DNA of 64,000 nt, from assembly GCF_009834535.1 (NCBI RefSeq), contig NC_045696.1:73906001-73970000 (forward strand). Direction: 5' to 3'. Below are positions 26,960 through 40,671 of the stretch, one piece after another. The notes under the pieces are model-generated. The model had not been told where the DNA came from. It did no database searches and worked only from the letters and a program-made list of their open reading frames with translations. This stretch comes from Camelus ferus (Eukaryota). Position numbers and translations under genes: made by a program. Every line of letters begins with the position of its first letter. Within the stretch, counting starts at the first letter, position 1.

Positions 26960-28769
26960 GTATTAATTAGAATTTTAAAGTTCTGCTTTAGCATTTTGAA
27001 AATGTAAGGGTAATATCAGAAGAGCTGGCTGCCACCTCCACCACCTTGCTTGTCCATCTTTTTCTTACTCATTTGAAAAAGCTTTTAATATAATACATAG
27101 GAAATATTTTATCCACAAATCTATGCTTTTTCCTTTCTCTTTCCTTAAGCTAACTCCTACCTCATTCTTTGGATTTCCCTTATTTATGTTAAGATCTTTA
27201 ATTGGAATTGATTTTTGTGTGTGGTTTGTGGTAAGGGTCTAATAACATACTTTCCCTTATGGATACCCAACAGCTGCCTTTATTGAAGCAGTTTTTTCAT
27301 ATAGGTTTTGCATATCTTCTATAAGATTTATTTCTGGCTACATGTTTTTTTATAATGTTACTGTCAACATTATCTCTTTTATAACATTTCATTTTTGGTT
27401 TGTTACTGGTATATAGAAATACAGTTGGTTTCTGTATATTAAGTATCCAGCAACCAACCTTGCTTAAACTCTTATTAGTTCTAACAATTGATCTGTAGAT
27501 TCTAATTTCTAGGTATTTCACTGACATTTTTGGCAAATAACAGTTTTGTGTCTTCCTTTTCAATTTTTCTCTTTTGTTTTTCTCGCTTTATTGCCCTTGT
27601 TATGTAACCTTCAGTTCACTGCTGAAAAGCAGTGGTGATTGCAGGTACCCTCATCTTGCAGGTGCTTGATCTCAAAGGGAAAGTTTTCATTGTTTTATCG
27701 TTAAGTATCAACTTTACCGTGGTGTTTTTTTGAGATACTCTGTATGATATTAAGGGAGCTCCCATGTATTTTCATTATTTGTTAAGAGGTTTTTTTTTTT
27801 TTTTAATTTGCATTCTTTTTTATTGAAGTATGTAGTCAGTTTACAATATTGTGTCAGTTTCTGGAAGAGGTTGTTTTCATTTGTTTAATCAAGAATGAAT
27901 GTTGACTTACTGTATGCTTTTTTGTACTTATTGTTATGATGTAGTTTCTTCAATCTGTTAATATAATTGAATATATTCATTGCTTTTTCAAAGGTAAAAC
28001 AAACTTACATTCCTGTAATAAACACAACTGTCTGTCACATATTACATTTTGTATAGGCCTAGATTTTGTTTCCTAATATCTTTATACAATTTTTGTATCT
28101 CTGTTTATAATTCTCCTTTCTCTCCTGCCCTTGTCAAGTTTTCAGGTTATGAGGGTTATGTCTACTTTTATAAAATTATTTTTGTGTTCTTATTTTTCTA
28201 TCCTCTGGACAAGTTTATAAAAGCAGAATTATATCTTTCTTAAACTTTCAAATACCTCACTGGTAAAGCCATTGGGAATCTGGAGTTTTTTGAGGATTTT
28301 CAGCTGTTGGTTCAATTTATTTATTGGTTATAGGACAATGCAGATACTATATTTCTTCTTGAGTCTGTTTTAGTAAATTATATTTTTCTCTAGGAAAAAT
28401 TTTCCATTTCACTTAAATTTTCAAAGTTATTGCCGTAAAGTTTTTCACAATATAATTTTATTATATGTTTAATAGCTATAGTGTTTGTAGCTTTTCATTC
28501 TTGATACTGATTATTTGTGACTTTTTTTTTGGATGGCATAAGTCTTGCCAGTAGTTAGTGAATTTTATTTGAAAAAAATAAACTCTTGCTGATTTTTTAA
28601 AATTGTGAATTCATTTTTTATTTTACTAACTGCTGCTCTCACGTTTACTATTTTTTCTTCTATTTTTGGGGGGTTTATTTTGATGTTCTTTTTCTGACTT
28701 CTTGAGATAGATAATTAATTTACCTTGAAGGCTGAAACAATTTTCTAAGTATTACTTAGCTGTAACCCA

Positions 28770-29085
28770 CACAATTCTCTATAAGGGCCGATAGTAAATA
28801 TTATAGGTTTTGTGAGCCATATGGCCTCTCTTGCAGCAACTCAACTCTGCCATTGTGGAGTGTAAGCAGCCCTAGGCAATATGCAAATAAATGAGTTGGC
28901 TGTGTTCCAGTAAAACTTTATGGACACTGAAGTTAGAACTTCATATATTTTTATGTTTCATGAAATATAAATTTTCTCTTAATTTTTCAACCATTTTACA
29001 TTAAAAAATGTAAAAGTCATTCTTTGCTCCTACCCTAGTCTGTATAAAAACAAGTAGCAGGTTTAGGATTGTTTGCTGATCTCAG
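28770..29085. mobile_element. MER58-like hAT-Charlie element
   Basis: aagggccgatagtaaatatt...caactcaactctgccattgt...ggctgtgttccagtaaaactttat. Confidence 0.75.
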
Positions 29086-29767
29086 CTTTTTATTGCAAAG
29101 TGGTAATATTCCATTGTATGTGTCTGTGCCAATATATATATATACATTTATCTGTTGATGAATATTTGAATTGTTTGTAGTTTCGGGCTGTTGCAGATAA
29201 AGCTGCTATGAACATATATATTCTTGGTATGGACACGTGCTTTCTTTTTTCTTGGGTAGATACCTAGAAATGGAATAGCTGGATCATATGGTAGGTATTC
29301 TTTTTGTCTTTCCTGTCTTTCATTGGTTTTACTTTTTTCCCCTTTGTTTGTAGATACACATTTTAATTTTAATTATTTTTTTGTTTATTCTTTTTTTTTT
29401 TAGTTTGATGCAGAATTTATTTATTTTTTTTACTGGTTGTTTATTCTTAAATTCAGAAGAAACTCTAATCTCCCTATCTCTCTATGAATACTGAAGATTA
29501 AGTCGTTCCTATTATTTTTCCTTCCTAAATGAATTAAGACTTTTAGCATCTTTTACTGCTGCATTTCTTCTCTCCATCCTTCATGTATTGTTGAAATCAT
29601 TGATTATAGTTTCAGGTTATTATTTATTGTTTTTAATATTATGTCTCTACTTTTAAAAGAACTCCTTTCTTATAACTTGCATTAAACTGTACAGCCCATT
29701 GCCAGCAATAATTTCAGCCTACCCACATTTTACATGTTTATTGTTTTAATATTCTTTCATGTATCTT

Positions 29768-30331
29768 AAAAAAATTTCTTTTTATTAAAGTAGTCAGTTA
29801 CAATGTGTCAATTTCTGGTGTACAGCACAATGTCCCAGTGATGCATATACATACATATATTCATTTTCATATTCTTTTCCATTAAAGGTTATTATAAGAT
29901 ATTAAATATAGTTCCCTGTGCTATACAGAAGAAACATTTTTAAAATCTTTTTTTATGTATAGTGGCTAACATTTGCAAATCTCAAACTCCTAAGTTTATC
30001 CTTTCCCGCCCCCTTTCCCTGGCAACCACAAGATTGTTTACTATGTCTGAGTTTGTTTTTGTTTTGTAGATGAGTTCATAGTGTCCTTTTTTTTTTCTCT
30101 TTTAGATTCCACATATGAGTGATACTATAGGGTATTTTTCTTTCTCTTTGTGACTTCACTTAGAATGATGATCTCTAGGTCCATCCATATTGCTGCAAAT
30201 GGCATTATTTTATTCTTTTTTATGGCTGAGTAGTATTCCATTGTAGCAATATACCACAGCTTCTTTATCGAGTCATCTGTCAAGGGACATTTAGATTGCT
30301 TCCATGTTTTGGCTATTGTATATAGTGCTGC
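29768..30331 (-). mobile_element. 5'-truncated lineage-specific L1 3' end
   Basis: Similar to the 3' end of the 17.2-kb L1; TSD ctttcatgtatctt (29754-29767) / ctttcatgtacctt (30332-30345). Confidence 0.85.
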
Positions 30332-30974
30332 CTTTCATGTACCTTTTGTCATAATATTTTCTTGGATTCTCATTTCATTTCTCTGGAGTATATTTTGTAA
30401 TTTTTTTCCCAGGACTGATGTTTTCTGAAATTTTTGAGTCCTTGCATGTTTAAAACATATTTATTCTACCCCATATTTGAATTAGAGTTGAAGTTTGAAA
30501 CCATTGTTTCATATTCTTCTAGACTAAAGTGTTGTTTATGAGAGGTCTGATTCCAGACTAATTCATCTGATTTTGTAGGGAACCTTGTTTTCTTTCTGGA
30601 AGCTTTAGGACAGTGTTTTTATTTGGGAGCATTTTAGAATTTCCATGTATATATCTGGGTGTTTTATACTTTCTCATTTTTCTTTGGTGAGCTCTTTCAG
30701 TTATTTCATTCAAGTCTTTCTTCAGCTCAGGAAAATATTTTAATTCTTTAATATTTTTTTCCACACCACTCTCCCCATGTGTTGCTCATTTTTAGTGGGT
30801 GTTGGCCTTCTTAGATTTGTCTTCCAGATTTTTAAATTTTTGTCTTGTTTTTATTTTTTATTATTTTTATTTCATTTTTTAAGGTATTCTCTCTCTCCCC
30901 ATCCCCCTCCTTTCTGTCTTCTCCCCATTCCCTGCCCTTCTCTTTCTCCCTCTCTCTATATCATTGATTCACTC

Positions 30975-31187
30975 TTTTGACCTGTTGTGTTTCTGACCTG
31001 GGCCAGTTCACCCCTCCTGAGGCAACCTGGTGGTCTCCTGCTCCCTGGAGGTCACATATTGAGGCTGAACTTAGTGGGGACTCCTGATCGGCATAGTGCA
31101 GGACAGCCCAGAACTCCTGGCCTCAAGCAGTCCTCCTGCCTCAGCCTCCTGAGTCGCTGGGACTGCAGGAGTGCCACCGTGCCTGAC
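30975..31187 (-). pseudogene. 7SL (SRP) RNA retropseudogene, 3'-truncated
   Basis: Reverse complement follows 7SL from its 5' end through the Alu domain and S domain (CACTAAGTTC, GACCACCAGGTTGCCT, GGAGGGGTGAAC, CCCAGGTC, CAGGTCAAAA), then stops. Confidence 0.92.
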
Positions 31188-32587
31188 ATTCTTCACTACT
31201 TTTAGATTAAAAAGGGAAGATTATTTGTAAGAACTCTGTTCTTTCATTGGTTCTCTCTTTTCATAGTGGCCCATTCTTGTTTTATGACTATTTTGGGGTG
31301 CAATATTCTTTCATCTTTTAGACGATACTAATTAGAATACTCTGAAGGTTCTTTTCTGTCTCATGTATTATCTTTGTTTTTCTTAGGGTCTGTTCTGTTT
31401 TGACTCATTTTCTTTTTATTCATGCTGCTGGCTTTTCATAAATGCTGATAGCCTTTGGCTTTCTGTTGTATTTATTAACAAATGCTTAATTAATAACCAT
31501 GATGATTGGTATAGCTAGCTGATATGGTTTCTTCAACAATTAGGTAGATCTCTTTTTCTAACAGGTCTCTCCCCTAACTGGAAGGGCTGACTCTGCGCTC
31601 TAGGGTAGTCTATCTGGAGCATAAGGAGTTTATTTTGGGCGATGAAAACTTTCATTCCTGACTAGAACTGCCTTTTTTTATTAACCTCCACTATTGTGGA
31701 GGTCTGGAATTACATCATGTTCTTTTTCACTTTTCTCTCCAGGTTCAATGTGCAACCGTAGGAACTCTGGTAATTTTGGAGATTATCATTGGAACAGAAA
31801 TAATTCCTGCTAATATTTCTGTGTACTTTGAGGCGCTGAGAGTGGCCCAGATGTTCTGTAGGCAATCCTTTTATTAATTACCTTATTAATACCCTCAAAG
31901 ATCACTTTTGCTCTTTTTCTTTCTTATTCCTGAGTTTGGATTTTCTCTAGACTTCTTTGGAAAGAAGTGTCCTTTATTTCTATATTAATCTTCAGTGTGT
32001 GTATCCATTTTTTCTCCTGTCAATCATATTGTATTTGCTTTCCATTTTTTCATGAATTCATGAAAAAAAAATTGTCTTTCTTGTTCCCAGAGCTGTGGTG
32101 AGGTTTTTTTTTTCTTTTAATCGTTTCCATTTTAGGAAGGAGGAGAGTTACGCTTGTGCTTAGTCCACCATCTTAAAGCTGGAAGTCTAACAAACCTTGT
32201 TGTTTACAATCACTTAAAAGATGAATAAATACTTTCTGATGAGACAACGATAATACTTAAAAACAAGCAAAGCTGTAACTCTGATACTTAACGTATTTTA
32301 CCATCAGCTTTATGTAGGAGTAGAAAACTGGTAGGTTGAAGATTTCTTTTGACCATGGTTGGAAGGCTCCCTTTCATGAGGTTGTAGCACACAGATGAGT
32401 CGTTCTTTGCATTGCTATGCATATATTAGTGTTATTAGTATTATGATAAAATAAGTTTGAAACAAAAAACATAAATTTACTGTGATAAAAGGGAAAAAGT
32501 AACTAGCAAAAACGGTATAGTCTATTTTTGAAAAAAGTATGCTATTTGTTTTTCAGTGTTTTCCCTTTCTTTTTGTTTTCATACTAG

Positions 32588-32711
32588 CACTGAGTTTCAT
32601 GAGCGGCTAAGTAAAATTGATAAGCTGAAGAACAGATATGAAATCCTTACTGTTGTTATGCTGCCTCCTGAAGGAGAAGAGGAGAAAACACAGGCCTATT
32701 ATGTAATAAAG
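32588..32711 (+). CDS. CCDC39: CCDC39 exon 14 (TEFHERLSK...[12 protein letters not shown])
   Basis: ag|C...AAG|gtaatc; 124 bp. Confidence 0.96.
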
Positions 32712-33939
32712 GTAATCTTGATTTATACTTGTGATAAAATGAAGTATCCTTTCTTTCTTAGCTCTTTGTTAGCAACCAAAATGGCAATTTTTTTTTTTGC
32801 TGTGAAATTCCAAATTTTATAGCACTCTAGAAGTTACTGAACTTGATTAGGGACAGAAAACATCAGTTGCTAGATGGAGGTACTAAAGCAATATTAGTTT
32901 TATACACATCCATTAGGTCAAAGAGAGGTCTGGACCACTGTTGTTTTTTCTTTTTTTTTTTTGGACTGTCATTTGTGTGATGTTGTTTTCTCTCATTTAC
33001 TCAAGGGTCGTAACCTCTTTTATTCTAAGACCTGCTGCCACTCTGGCTGTCTAATATATATGCATGTGACAACCTGTTCAACACCTCGGGCTCAGAGCTT
33101 TACTTCACTGTCACCCATTTGTATGACCACACCCTAGACTTTATCGTCACCTGGAGCTGCCCCACTCTGACTCTTATACCCCAGTTTACCATTGCTGTGT
33201 GTGGCAGATGTCCAGAGAGGAAGGGGGTTGTTCCTTTGCCTTCATATTGGATGGAAGACAAACAGATCTGGTGAATCTGCTCTGATGTTCTGAGAGTTGT
33301 CTGCTGTCTCATAGTTATCTTTACCTCATAAACTTAAGGGGCAGTTTAGAAGTGATCAGGAATTGGATGCAGTTTCCTTCCTGACTATTGCTATCTTCAT
33401 CTTTCCCATGTAGAAAATACCCTGAACAGGTGTGATTTCCTTTACAGAGAGGTCTGGGAAGTTACTCAAAACTACGAAGAAGGAATGGGAATTTTAACTA
33501 ACTCATTTTTCCTGTATCATGCATGGATAGGAGTGGGAAGGAGGTCCCCAGTTCACACTTTTTGAGGATGGCCCTTGTGGATGTGCCTTCCCTTTGACTT
33601 CTACTTAATCTTGCAAGTTTTCTTCTGTAGTCCTTCTTTAAGGATGCCCCAAACACATACTGCACACTCTGCTGCTTTGCCTCAGGAAATTCCACCTAAC
33701 TCATGTATGAGAAATGAGTCCCAGGTCTCAAACCCTTCTTATAACTCGTCAGTCTGTGGTACTTCGTGCTTCTGCCCAGTATTAACAGGCCTTTCCTCCT
33801 CTCAGGTTTTGAAGGTTCCCAAGAGGTGAATGGTAGGTTCGAGTCTGTTAAGCTGGGAAGTAGACAGATGTTGCAGTTCCAGTTAACTTTCTCTACCAAC
33901 AAGGGATCTGATGAGTTACATAAAAGCACTGGTGTTAGA

Positions 33940-34145
33940 GTGTCTTTGCCCATGCCTTGGCTCTATCAGTGATTAGGTAGGTGACCTTGAATAAGTTATT
34001 TAGCTATTTGAGGCTTTAGTTTTCTCACTTGCAAAATTAGGATAATATTGTTATTTTTGTTGTTAGAAGTGACAAAATATATGTAAAGCCCTTAAAACAG
34101 TACCTGGAACAAAAGGAGCCCTCAATAAATGTTAGTTATCATTAT
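33940..34145 (+). mobile_element. MIR SINE remnant
   Basis: gtgaccttgaataagttattt...agttttctcacttgcaaaattaggataat...atgtaaagcccttaaaacagtacctgg...ctcaataaatgttag. Confidence 0.75.
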
Positions 34146-34659
34146 TGTTTTTGCTGTCATGGTAATGATGATGATGAAAAATTCACTTCTCAGGAAGACA
34201 GGCAAATTTTATGAGGAAGAGTATTCCTTCTGTGCCAGTATCAGGAATATGTGGAATTAATCAAGGTTGTCAGTTGCCCGTCTCAATTTCCTGATGCCTC
34301 ACTTCACTTTCCATCTTCTCCAGGGTCTACAGCTTGCCACATGGTTATTCGCAATTTTTGTTGTGTGGCATATTTAAATATTTTACTCATACCACTTCAC
34401 ATGTGCCAGTTGTATAAAAATGAAACTTTTTTTATAACTAAACTCAATCTGGTTTACATTGAGAAAAATTATCCATGGCCTGAAAATGGGCAAAAACAAT
34501 CAGTGCATTTGCAATGATGCCACCTCATGGTGACACTAAACACTTGGCATTTTCTAGTGGGCCTTCCAGGGATTGCCTGATTCTACAGAAGTGCACACCT
34601 TTGATTGATTTTCTATTGGCTAACATACTTTACAACTCTGTAGAGGGATAGATATTAAT

Positions 34660-37600
34660 TTAAAAAAATTGAAGTATAGTTGATAAACAATATTGGTTAG
34701 TTTTAGGTGTACAACAACATGATTTGGTTATATATATATAACCAAATATATATATTCTGAAATTTTCAGATTCTTTTCCATTATAATTTATAAGATATTG
34801 AATACAGTCCCTCTGTATACAGTAAATTCTTATTGTTTATCTATTTTATATACAGCAGTGTATGTCTGTTAATCCTATACTCCTAATTTATCCCTCCTCC
34901 ACTCTTTCCCCTTTAGTAACTGTAATTTTGTTTTCTATGTCTGTGAGTCTTTTACTGTTTTGTAAACAAGTTCATTTGTATTATTTTTTAGGCTCCACAT
35001 ATAAAGTGATACTGTATATGTCTTTCTCTGTCTGACTTACTTCACTTAGTATGATAATTTCTAGGTCCATCCATGTTGCTGCAATGGCATTATTTTATTC
35101 TTTTTTATGGCCATATACATATATATATATGATATATATATCTCACATCTTCTTTATCCATTCATCTGTTGATGGACAGTTAGGTTTCTTCCATGTTTTG
35201 GCTATTGTAAATAGTGCTGCTGTGAACATTGGAGTGCATATATCTTTCCAAGTTGTAGTTTTATCTGGATATATACTCAGGAGTGGGATTACTGGATCAT
35301 ATGGTAACCCTATTTGTAGTTTTTTAAGGAATGTACATACTGTTTTCAATAATGGCTGCACCAATTTACATTCCCACAACAGTGTAGGAGGGTTCCCTTT
35401 TCTCCAGACACTCTCCAGAATTTATTATTTGTAGACTTAAATTTTTTTTTTAATTTTCAAAATTTTTATTGAATTTTTAAGTGTTAATTTTCATTTACAG
35501 TTATTATAAAATATTGGCTATATTCTCTGTATTGTTATTTGTAGACTTTTTGATGATGGCCATTCTGACTGACTGATGTGAGGTGATACCTCATTGTGGT
35601 TTTGATTTGCATTTCTCTAATAATTAGCGATGTTGAACGTCTTTTCACATGCCTGCTGTCTTATCTGTATGTCTTCTTTGGAGAAATGTCTATTTAGGTC
35701 TTCTGTCCATTTTTTGATTGGTTCGTTGTTTTTTGATATTGAGTTGTTTGAGCTGTTTGTATATTTTGGAAATTAAGCCCTTGTCAGTCACATTGTTTGC
35801 AGATATTTTCTCCCATTCTATAGGTTGTCTTTTTGTTTGGTTTATGGTTTCCTTTGCTGTGCAAAAGCTTATAAGTTTGATTAGGTCCCATTTGTTTTAT
35901 CTTTGCTTTTATTTCTTTTGCCTTGGGAGACTGATGTAAAAAATATTGCTATTATTTATGTCAGAGAATGTTTGCCTATGTTCTCTTCTATGAGTTTAAT
36001 GGTGTTAGGTCTTATCTTTAAGTCTTTAAACCATTTTGAGTTTATTTTTGTGTATGGTGTGAGGGAGTGTTCTAACTTAATTGATTTACATGCAGCTGTC
36101 CAGCTTTCCCAACACCACTTGCTGAAGAGACTATCTTTTCTCCATTGTGTATTCTTGCCTCCTTTGTTGAAGATTAATTGGCCATAGGTGTTTGGGTTTA
36201 TTTCTGGGCTATTCTGTTCCATTGATCTACATATCTGTATTTTTGTGTCAATACCATGCTGTTTTGATTACTGTAGCTTTGTAGTATAGTCAGTCTGAAG
36301 TCTGGGAGGGTTATGCCTCCAGCTTTTTTCCTTTTCCTCAGGATGTTTTGGCAATTCTGGGTCTTTCGTGGGTCCATATAAATTTTAGGATTATTTATTC
36401 TAGTTCTGTGAAAAATGTCAAGGGTAATTTGATAGGGATCACATTAAATCTGTAGATTGCTTTGGGTAGTATGGTCATTTTAACACTATTAATTCTTCCA
36501 ATGCAAGAGCATGGGATATCTTTCCATTTCTTTGAATTATCTTCAGTTTCCTTTTTCAGTGTTTTATGGTTCTCAGCATATAAGTCTTTCACCTCCTTGG
36601 TTAGGTTTATTCTTAGGTATCTTTTTTTTTTTTTTTTTTTTTGATGTGATTTTAAACTGGATTGTTTCTTTACTTTCCTTTTCTGATATTTCATTGTTAG
36701 TTTAAAGAAATGCAACTGATTTCTGTATATTAATCTTGTATCCTGCTACCTTGCTAAATTCACCTATCAGACCTAATAGTTTTTGTATGTAGCCTTTATG
36801 GTTTTCTGTGTAGAGTATCATGTCATCTGCATATGATGACAATTTTACCTCTTCCCTTCCAATTTGGATCCTTTTTCTAGCCTGATTGCTGTGGCTAAAA
36901 CTTCCAATACAATGTTGAATAAAAGTGGTGAGAATGGGCATCCTTGTATTGTTCTGGAATATAGGGGGAAAGCATTCAGCTTTTCACCATTGAATATTAT
37001 GTTAGCTGTGGGTTTGTCATAAATGGATTTTGTTGAGATATGTTCCCTCTATACCCACTTTGGTGAGCATTTTTATCATGAATGGATGTTGAATTTTATC
37101 AAATGCTTTTTCTGCATCTATTGAGATGATCATGTGGTTTTTTTCTTTTCTTTTGTTGATGTGGTGTATCACACTGATTGATCTGCGTATGTTGAACCAT
37201 CCTTGTGACCCTGGAGTGAATCCAACTTGATCATGGTATATGATCTTATTATATGTTGTTGGTTTTGGTTTGCTAATATTTTGTTGAGGATTTTTGCATC
37301 TATATTCATCAAAGGTAGTGCCCTGTAATTATCCGTTTTTTTGTTTTTTTTTTTTTTTTTTTATCTTTGTCTGGTTTTGGTATCAGGGTGATGTTGACTT
37401 CATAGAATGACTTGGGAGTGTTCCCTCCTCTTCAGTCTTTTGGAAGAGTTTGAAAAGAATAGGTATAAGTTCTTGTAGGTTGGGTAGAATACCCCAGTGA
37501 AGCCATCTGGTCTTGGACTTTTGTTTTCAGGGAGTGTATGTATGTATGTATGTACGTATTTATACATAAAGATTCTGTTTCGCTTCTTATGATCAGTCTG

Positions 37601-38010
37601 TTCAAATGTTCTGTTTCTTCTTGATTCAGTTTTAGCAGGTTGTATGTTTCTAGAAACTTGTCCATTTCTTCTAGGTTGTCCAGTTTATTGGCATAAAATT
37701 GTTCATAGTATTTTCTTATGAGTTTTTTTTTTTGTATTTCTGCAGTATCAGTTGTTATTGATCCTCTTTCATTTATTTTGTTGCCTTTAGAATCTTTTTT
37801 AACTTTTGCCATTTTAATTATATGTCTTGATGTAGGTCTGTTTGGGTTCATCGTGTTTGGGACCCTCTGCTTCCTGTATTTGGATATCTGTTTCCTTCTT
37901 TAGGTTTGGGAAGTTTTCAGCCATAATTTCTTAAGATACCTTTTCAGTCCCCTTTTCTCTTTCTTCTCCTTCTCAGATTCCTATTATGTGTAGATTAGCA
38001 CACCTTATAT
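34660..38010 (-). mobile_element. LINE-1 fragment (ORF1 piece fused to ORF2 and 3'UTR), degenerate
   Basis: Minus-strand ORF fragments [13 protein letters not shown] (ORF1p), [33 protein letters not shown] (ORF2p). Confidence 0.9.
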
Positions 38011-38212
38011 TGGGATAGATGTTATTTTAGAGAAAATTGATGGTCATGTGTATTATTCTCGTCCATAACAATGCAAATGGATTTGGCCAGTATAAATACA
38101 ATTGACTTATGCTTGTAGGAAAGATAACCTAAACATTGTTATTTTATTGCCCTAAAAGATATTAGCCAGTTTTGAATCTGTAAATATAAACAAACTTATT
38201 TCAGCATTTTTG

Positions 38213-38216
<4 letters not shown>

Positions 38217-38247
<31 letters not shown>
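38217..38247. repeat. (TG)n microsatellite
   Basis: About 15 TG units. Confidence 0.95.
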
Positions 38248-38252
<5 letters not shown>

Positions 38253-38543
38253 CTGTTGCAATTCTCCTTTTGAACTTGTCAAAATTTCATAGTTTACTTC
38301 ATTAATGAATTGAACAAAATCTTTGACATGTTCATTTTATATTTGTATAAGCATAATTTTTTTTTTTAACTTTTTAAAAGTAAGATCTCAGCAGTTTCAC
38401 TGCTAGGAAAAACTTAAACTTGCCAATTAGAAGCTAACCATCATTTCTGTTTCTGAATGTGGTAGATTCAGGATGTAAATTTAGTCAACCAAGCTCCCTT
38501 CCTTTCCTTATATCCTTTACATTCCTCCCAAAGGTAATGTTTC

Positions 38544-38628
38544 TGTATATATGTATATACATGTATGTGTGTGTGTATATATATATATGTGTATATATAT
38601 ATGTGTGTGTGTGTATATATATATATAT
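38544..38628. repeat. Compound (TG)n/(TA)n microsatellite
   Basis: Alternating purine-pyrimidine tract of mixed TA and TG blocks. Confidence 0.92.
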
Positions 38629-38918
38629 AATAACTGGGGAAGAGGAATTTAGTCACCGTGCTAACAACTGTTTAATTTATTGCATACTGTATTTCAGAAG
38701 TAAGCAAACTATGGGCTCTGGGCTAAATGCTGCACAATGCTGTTTTGTAAATAAGCATTGGAACACACAATACATAAACTCATTCATATACCTATGTCTC
38801 TGGCTGCTTTCATGCTACAATAACAATGGTATTAAGTATGAGTAGTTTTTACAGAGACTGAATGGCCCATAAGGCCTACAATACTGTCTCACCCTTTACA
38901 TACAGTTTGCTGACCCCT

Positions 38919-39400
38919 TGTACTAGTTTGCTAGGGCTGCTATAACAAAATATCACAAGCTAGGTAGCTTAAACTATAGAAATTTATTGTCTCACAGTTC
39001 TAGAGGCTGGAAATCCAAGATGAAAGTGTCACCAGAATTGGTTCTTTCTGAAGGCTGCGAGGGACAGTCTGTTCTATGCTTCTCTCCTAACTTTTGGTGG
39101 TTTGCTTGCCATCTTTGGTGTTCCTTAGTTTATGGAAGCAACAGCAACACCATGATCTCTACGTTCATCTTCATGTGGCATAATCCCTTTGTCCCTTCAG
39201 GCTTCCCTCAAAGTATGTCCGTGTCTCTGTCCAAATTTCCCATTTTTATAAGACACCAATCATATTGGATTAAGGCCTCCCTAATGACGTCATTGTAACT
39301 TAATTACATCTACAAAACCCCTATTTCCAAATAAGATCACATTCTGAGGTACCTGGGGGTTGGGACTTCTTAATATTTTTTGTGAGGAAGCAGGTCAACA
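38919..39400 (-). mobile_element. MaLR solo LTR (MLT1C-like)
   Basis: tgtactagtttgctagggctgctataacaaa...tctcacagttctagaggctgg...ccctatttccaaataagatcacattctgaggtac. Confidence 0.85.
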
Positions 39401-40391
39401 CACAGGCCTCATTTTTGGTCCTGCACTGGCCTCTTGTCTATGTGGCACACATGGTTTTATATTTCCTTTTACCCATTTCCAAGTTCCCTTGTCTTTATAA
39501 GGAAATGGTCCAGTTCTGATCACAACTGAATGAAACCATCAAATGGAACTACTAGAAAATTCTTTAAAATGTTGATTTAAAACATGTAAGTAAAAATGTC
39601 TTCCAAATATCAGCTTTTCTAATCCAAGATAAAAGGTAAATATTACATAATTTCTGATTTCGAGGCAAATGGGATCATAGAGATTTAGAAATTTAAGGTA
39701 TATATGGAATTAAATCAGGAATTTGTATAAATGAACAAATTCAACCCCTTCATTTGACAAGTAAACTGAACTTGGAGTAGGGAAGTGTATCATTTAATGT
39801 TGTTCAACTCACTCATAGGAAATCCACAACTAAAACCTAGCTGTTTTGATTCATTCTAACTCTTTCTTTCACTATAGTATATTTCAAATGAAATGTTTGC
39901 TAATTCTGGACTCAAAGGAATTAGATATAATTTATCTAATAACTTAACTTTTTTTTGCTAAGCTTTTTTTATTATATGCTATTTGCTATAAAAATATATG
40001 TAATATATATCTTGAAGCATAATAAAACAAAGAACAGTGAAAATGTTAAGAATTGTAACATTACCACTAAAACTTTTCCAGTGACCATATTCTGGTTTAA
40101 ATGTACATACTTGAGACTGAATAAATTAACCAATGAAATTATTAGTTGATTTTGACAAAAAGTGGGTTTTGGCACTTTTAAGTATATATGCATGCTAACC
40201 CTGTAAACCCGTAATTGGAGAAGTTCTTTGGAACTATTTTGACACAACTCTAGAAGGCCTAGCCCAGTGACACAGTTAAGCTGGAAAGTCACTGAGTATA
40301 TCCACTCACTGAGGAATTGGTTTTCAGCAGTTTTTACACTTTATTTTTTCTAGCCATGTTTATCACAATTATCTTTCTCTAATTAAAACTA

Positions 40392-40671
40392 TTTTTAAAA
40401 TGTGGTAAAATATACTTAAAATTTACTGCTTTAACAACTTTTAAGCATACAGTTCAGTGGTATTAAGTATATTCATATTGTTGTGCAATCAATACCGAAA
40501 TCCATCTCTAGAACTTTTTCCATCTTTTAAAACAAACTGTACCCATTAAACATTAACTCCCCATTTCTCCCTCCCTGAAACCCGTAGCAACCACCATTCT
40601 ACTTTGGTTTTTGTAAATTAGACTACATGAGATACTGCACAGAAGTGGAATCATGCAGTATTTTTCCTTTT
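40392..40671 (-). mobile_element. L1 3' end (L1MB-like) fused to the 3' end of the U6 copy
   Basis: Typical antisense L1M 3'UTR motifs (tacagttcagtggtattaagtatattcatattgttgtgcaa; caaccaccattctacttt; agtggaatcatgcagtattt). Confidence 0.85.

Noticed and set aside
31100..31187. Alu-like sequence suggesting primate origin or contamination
   Set aside because: It is contiguous with the 7SL S domain, so it is a 7SL pseudogene. No dimeric Alus are present and the SINEs are tRNA-derived.
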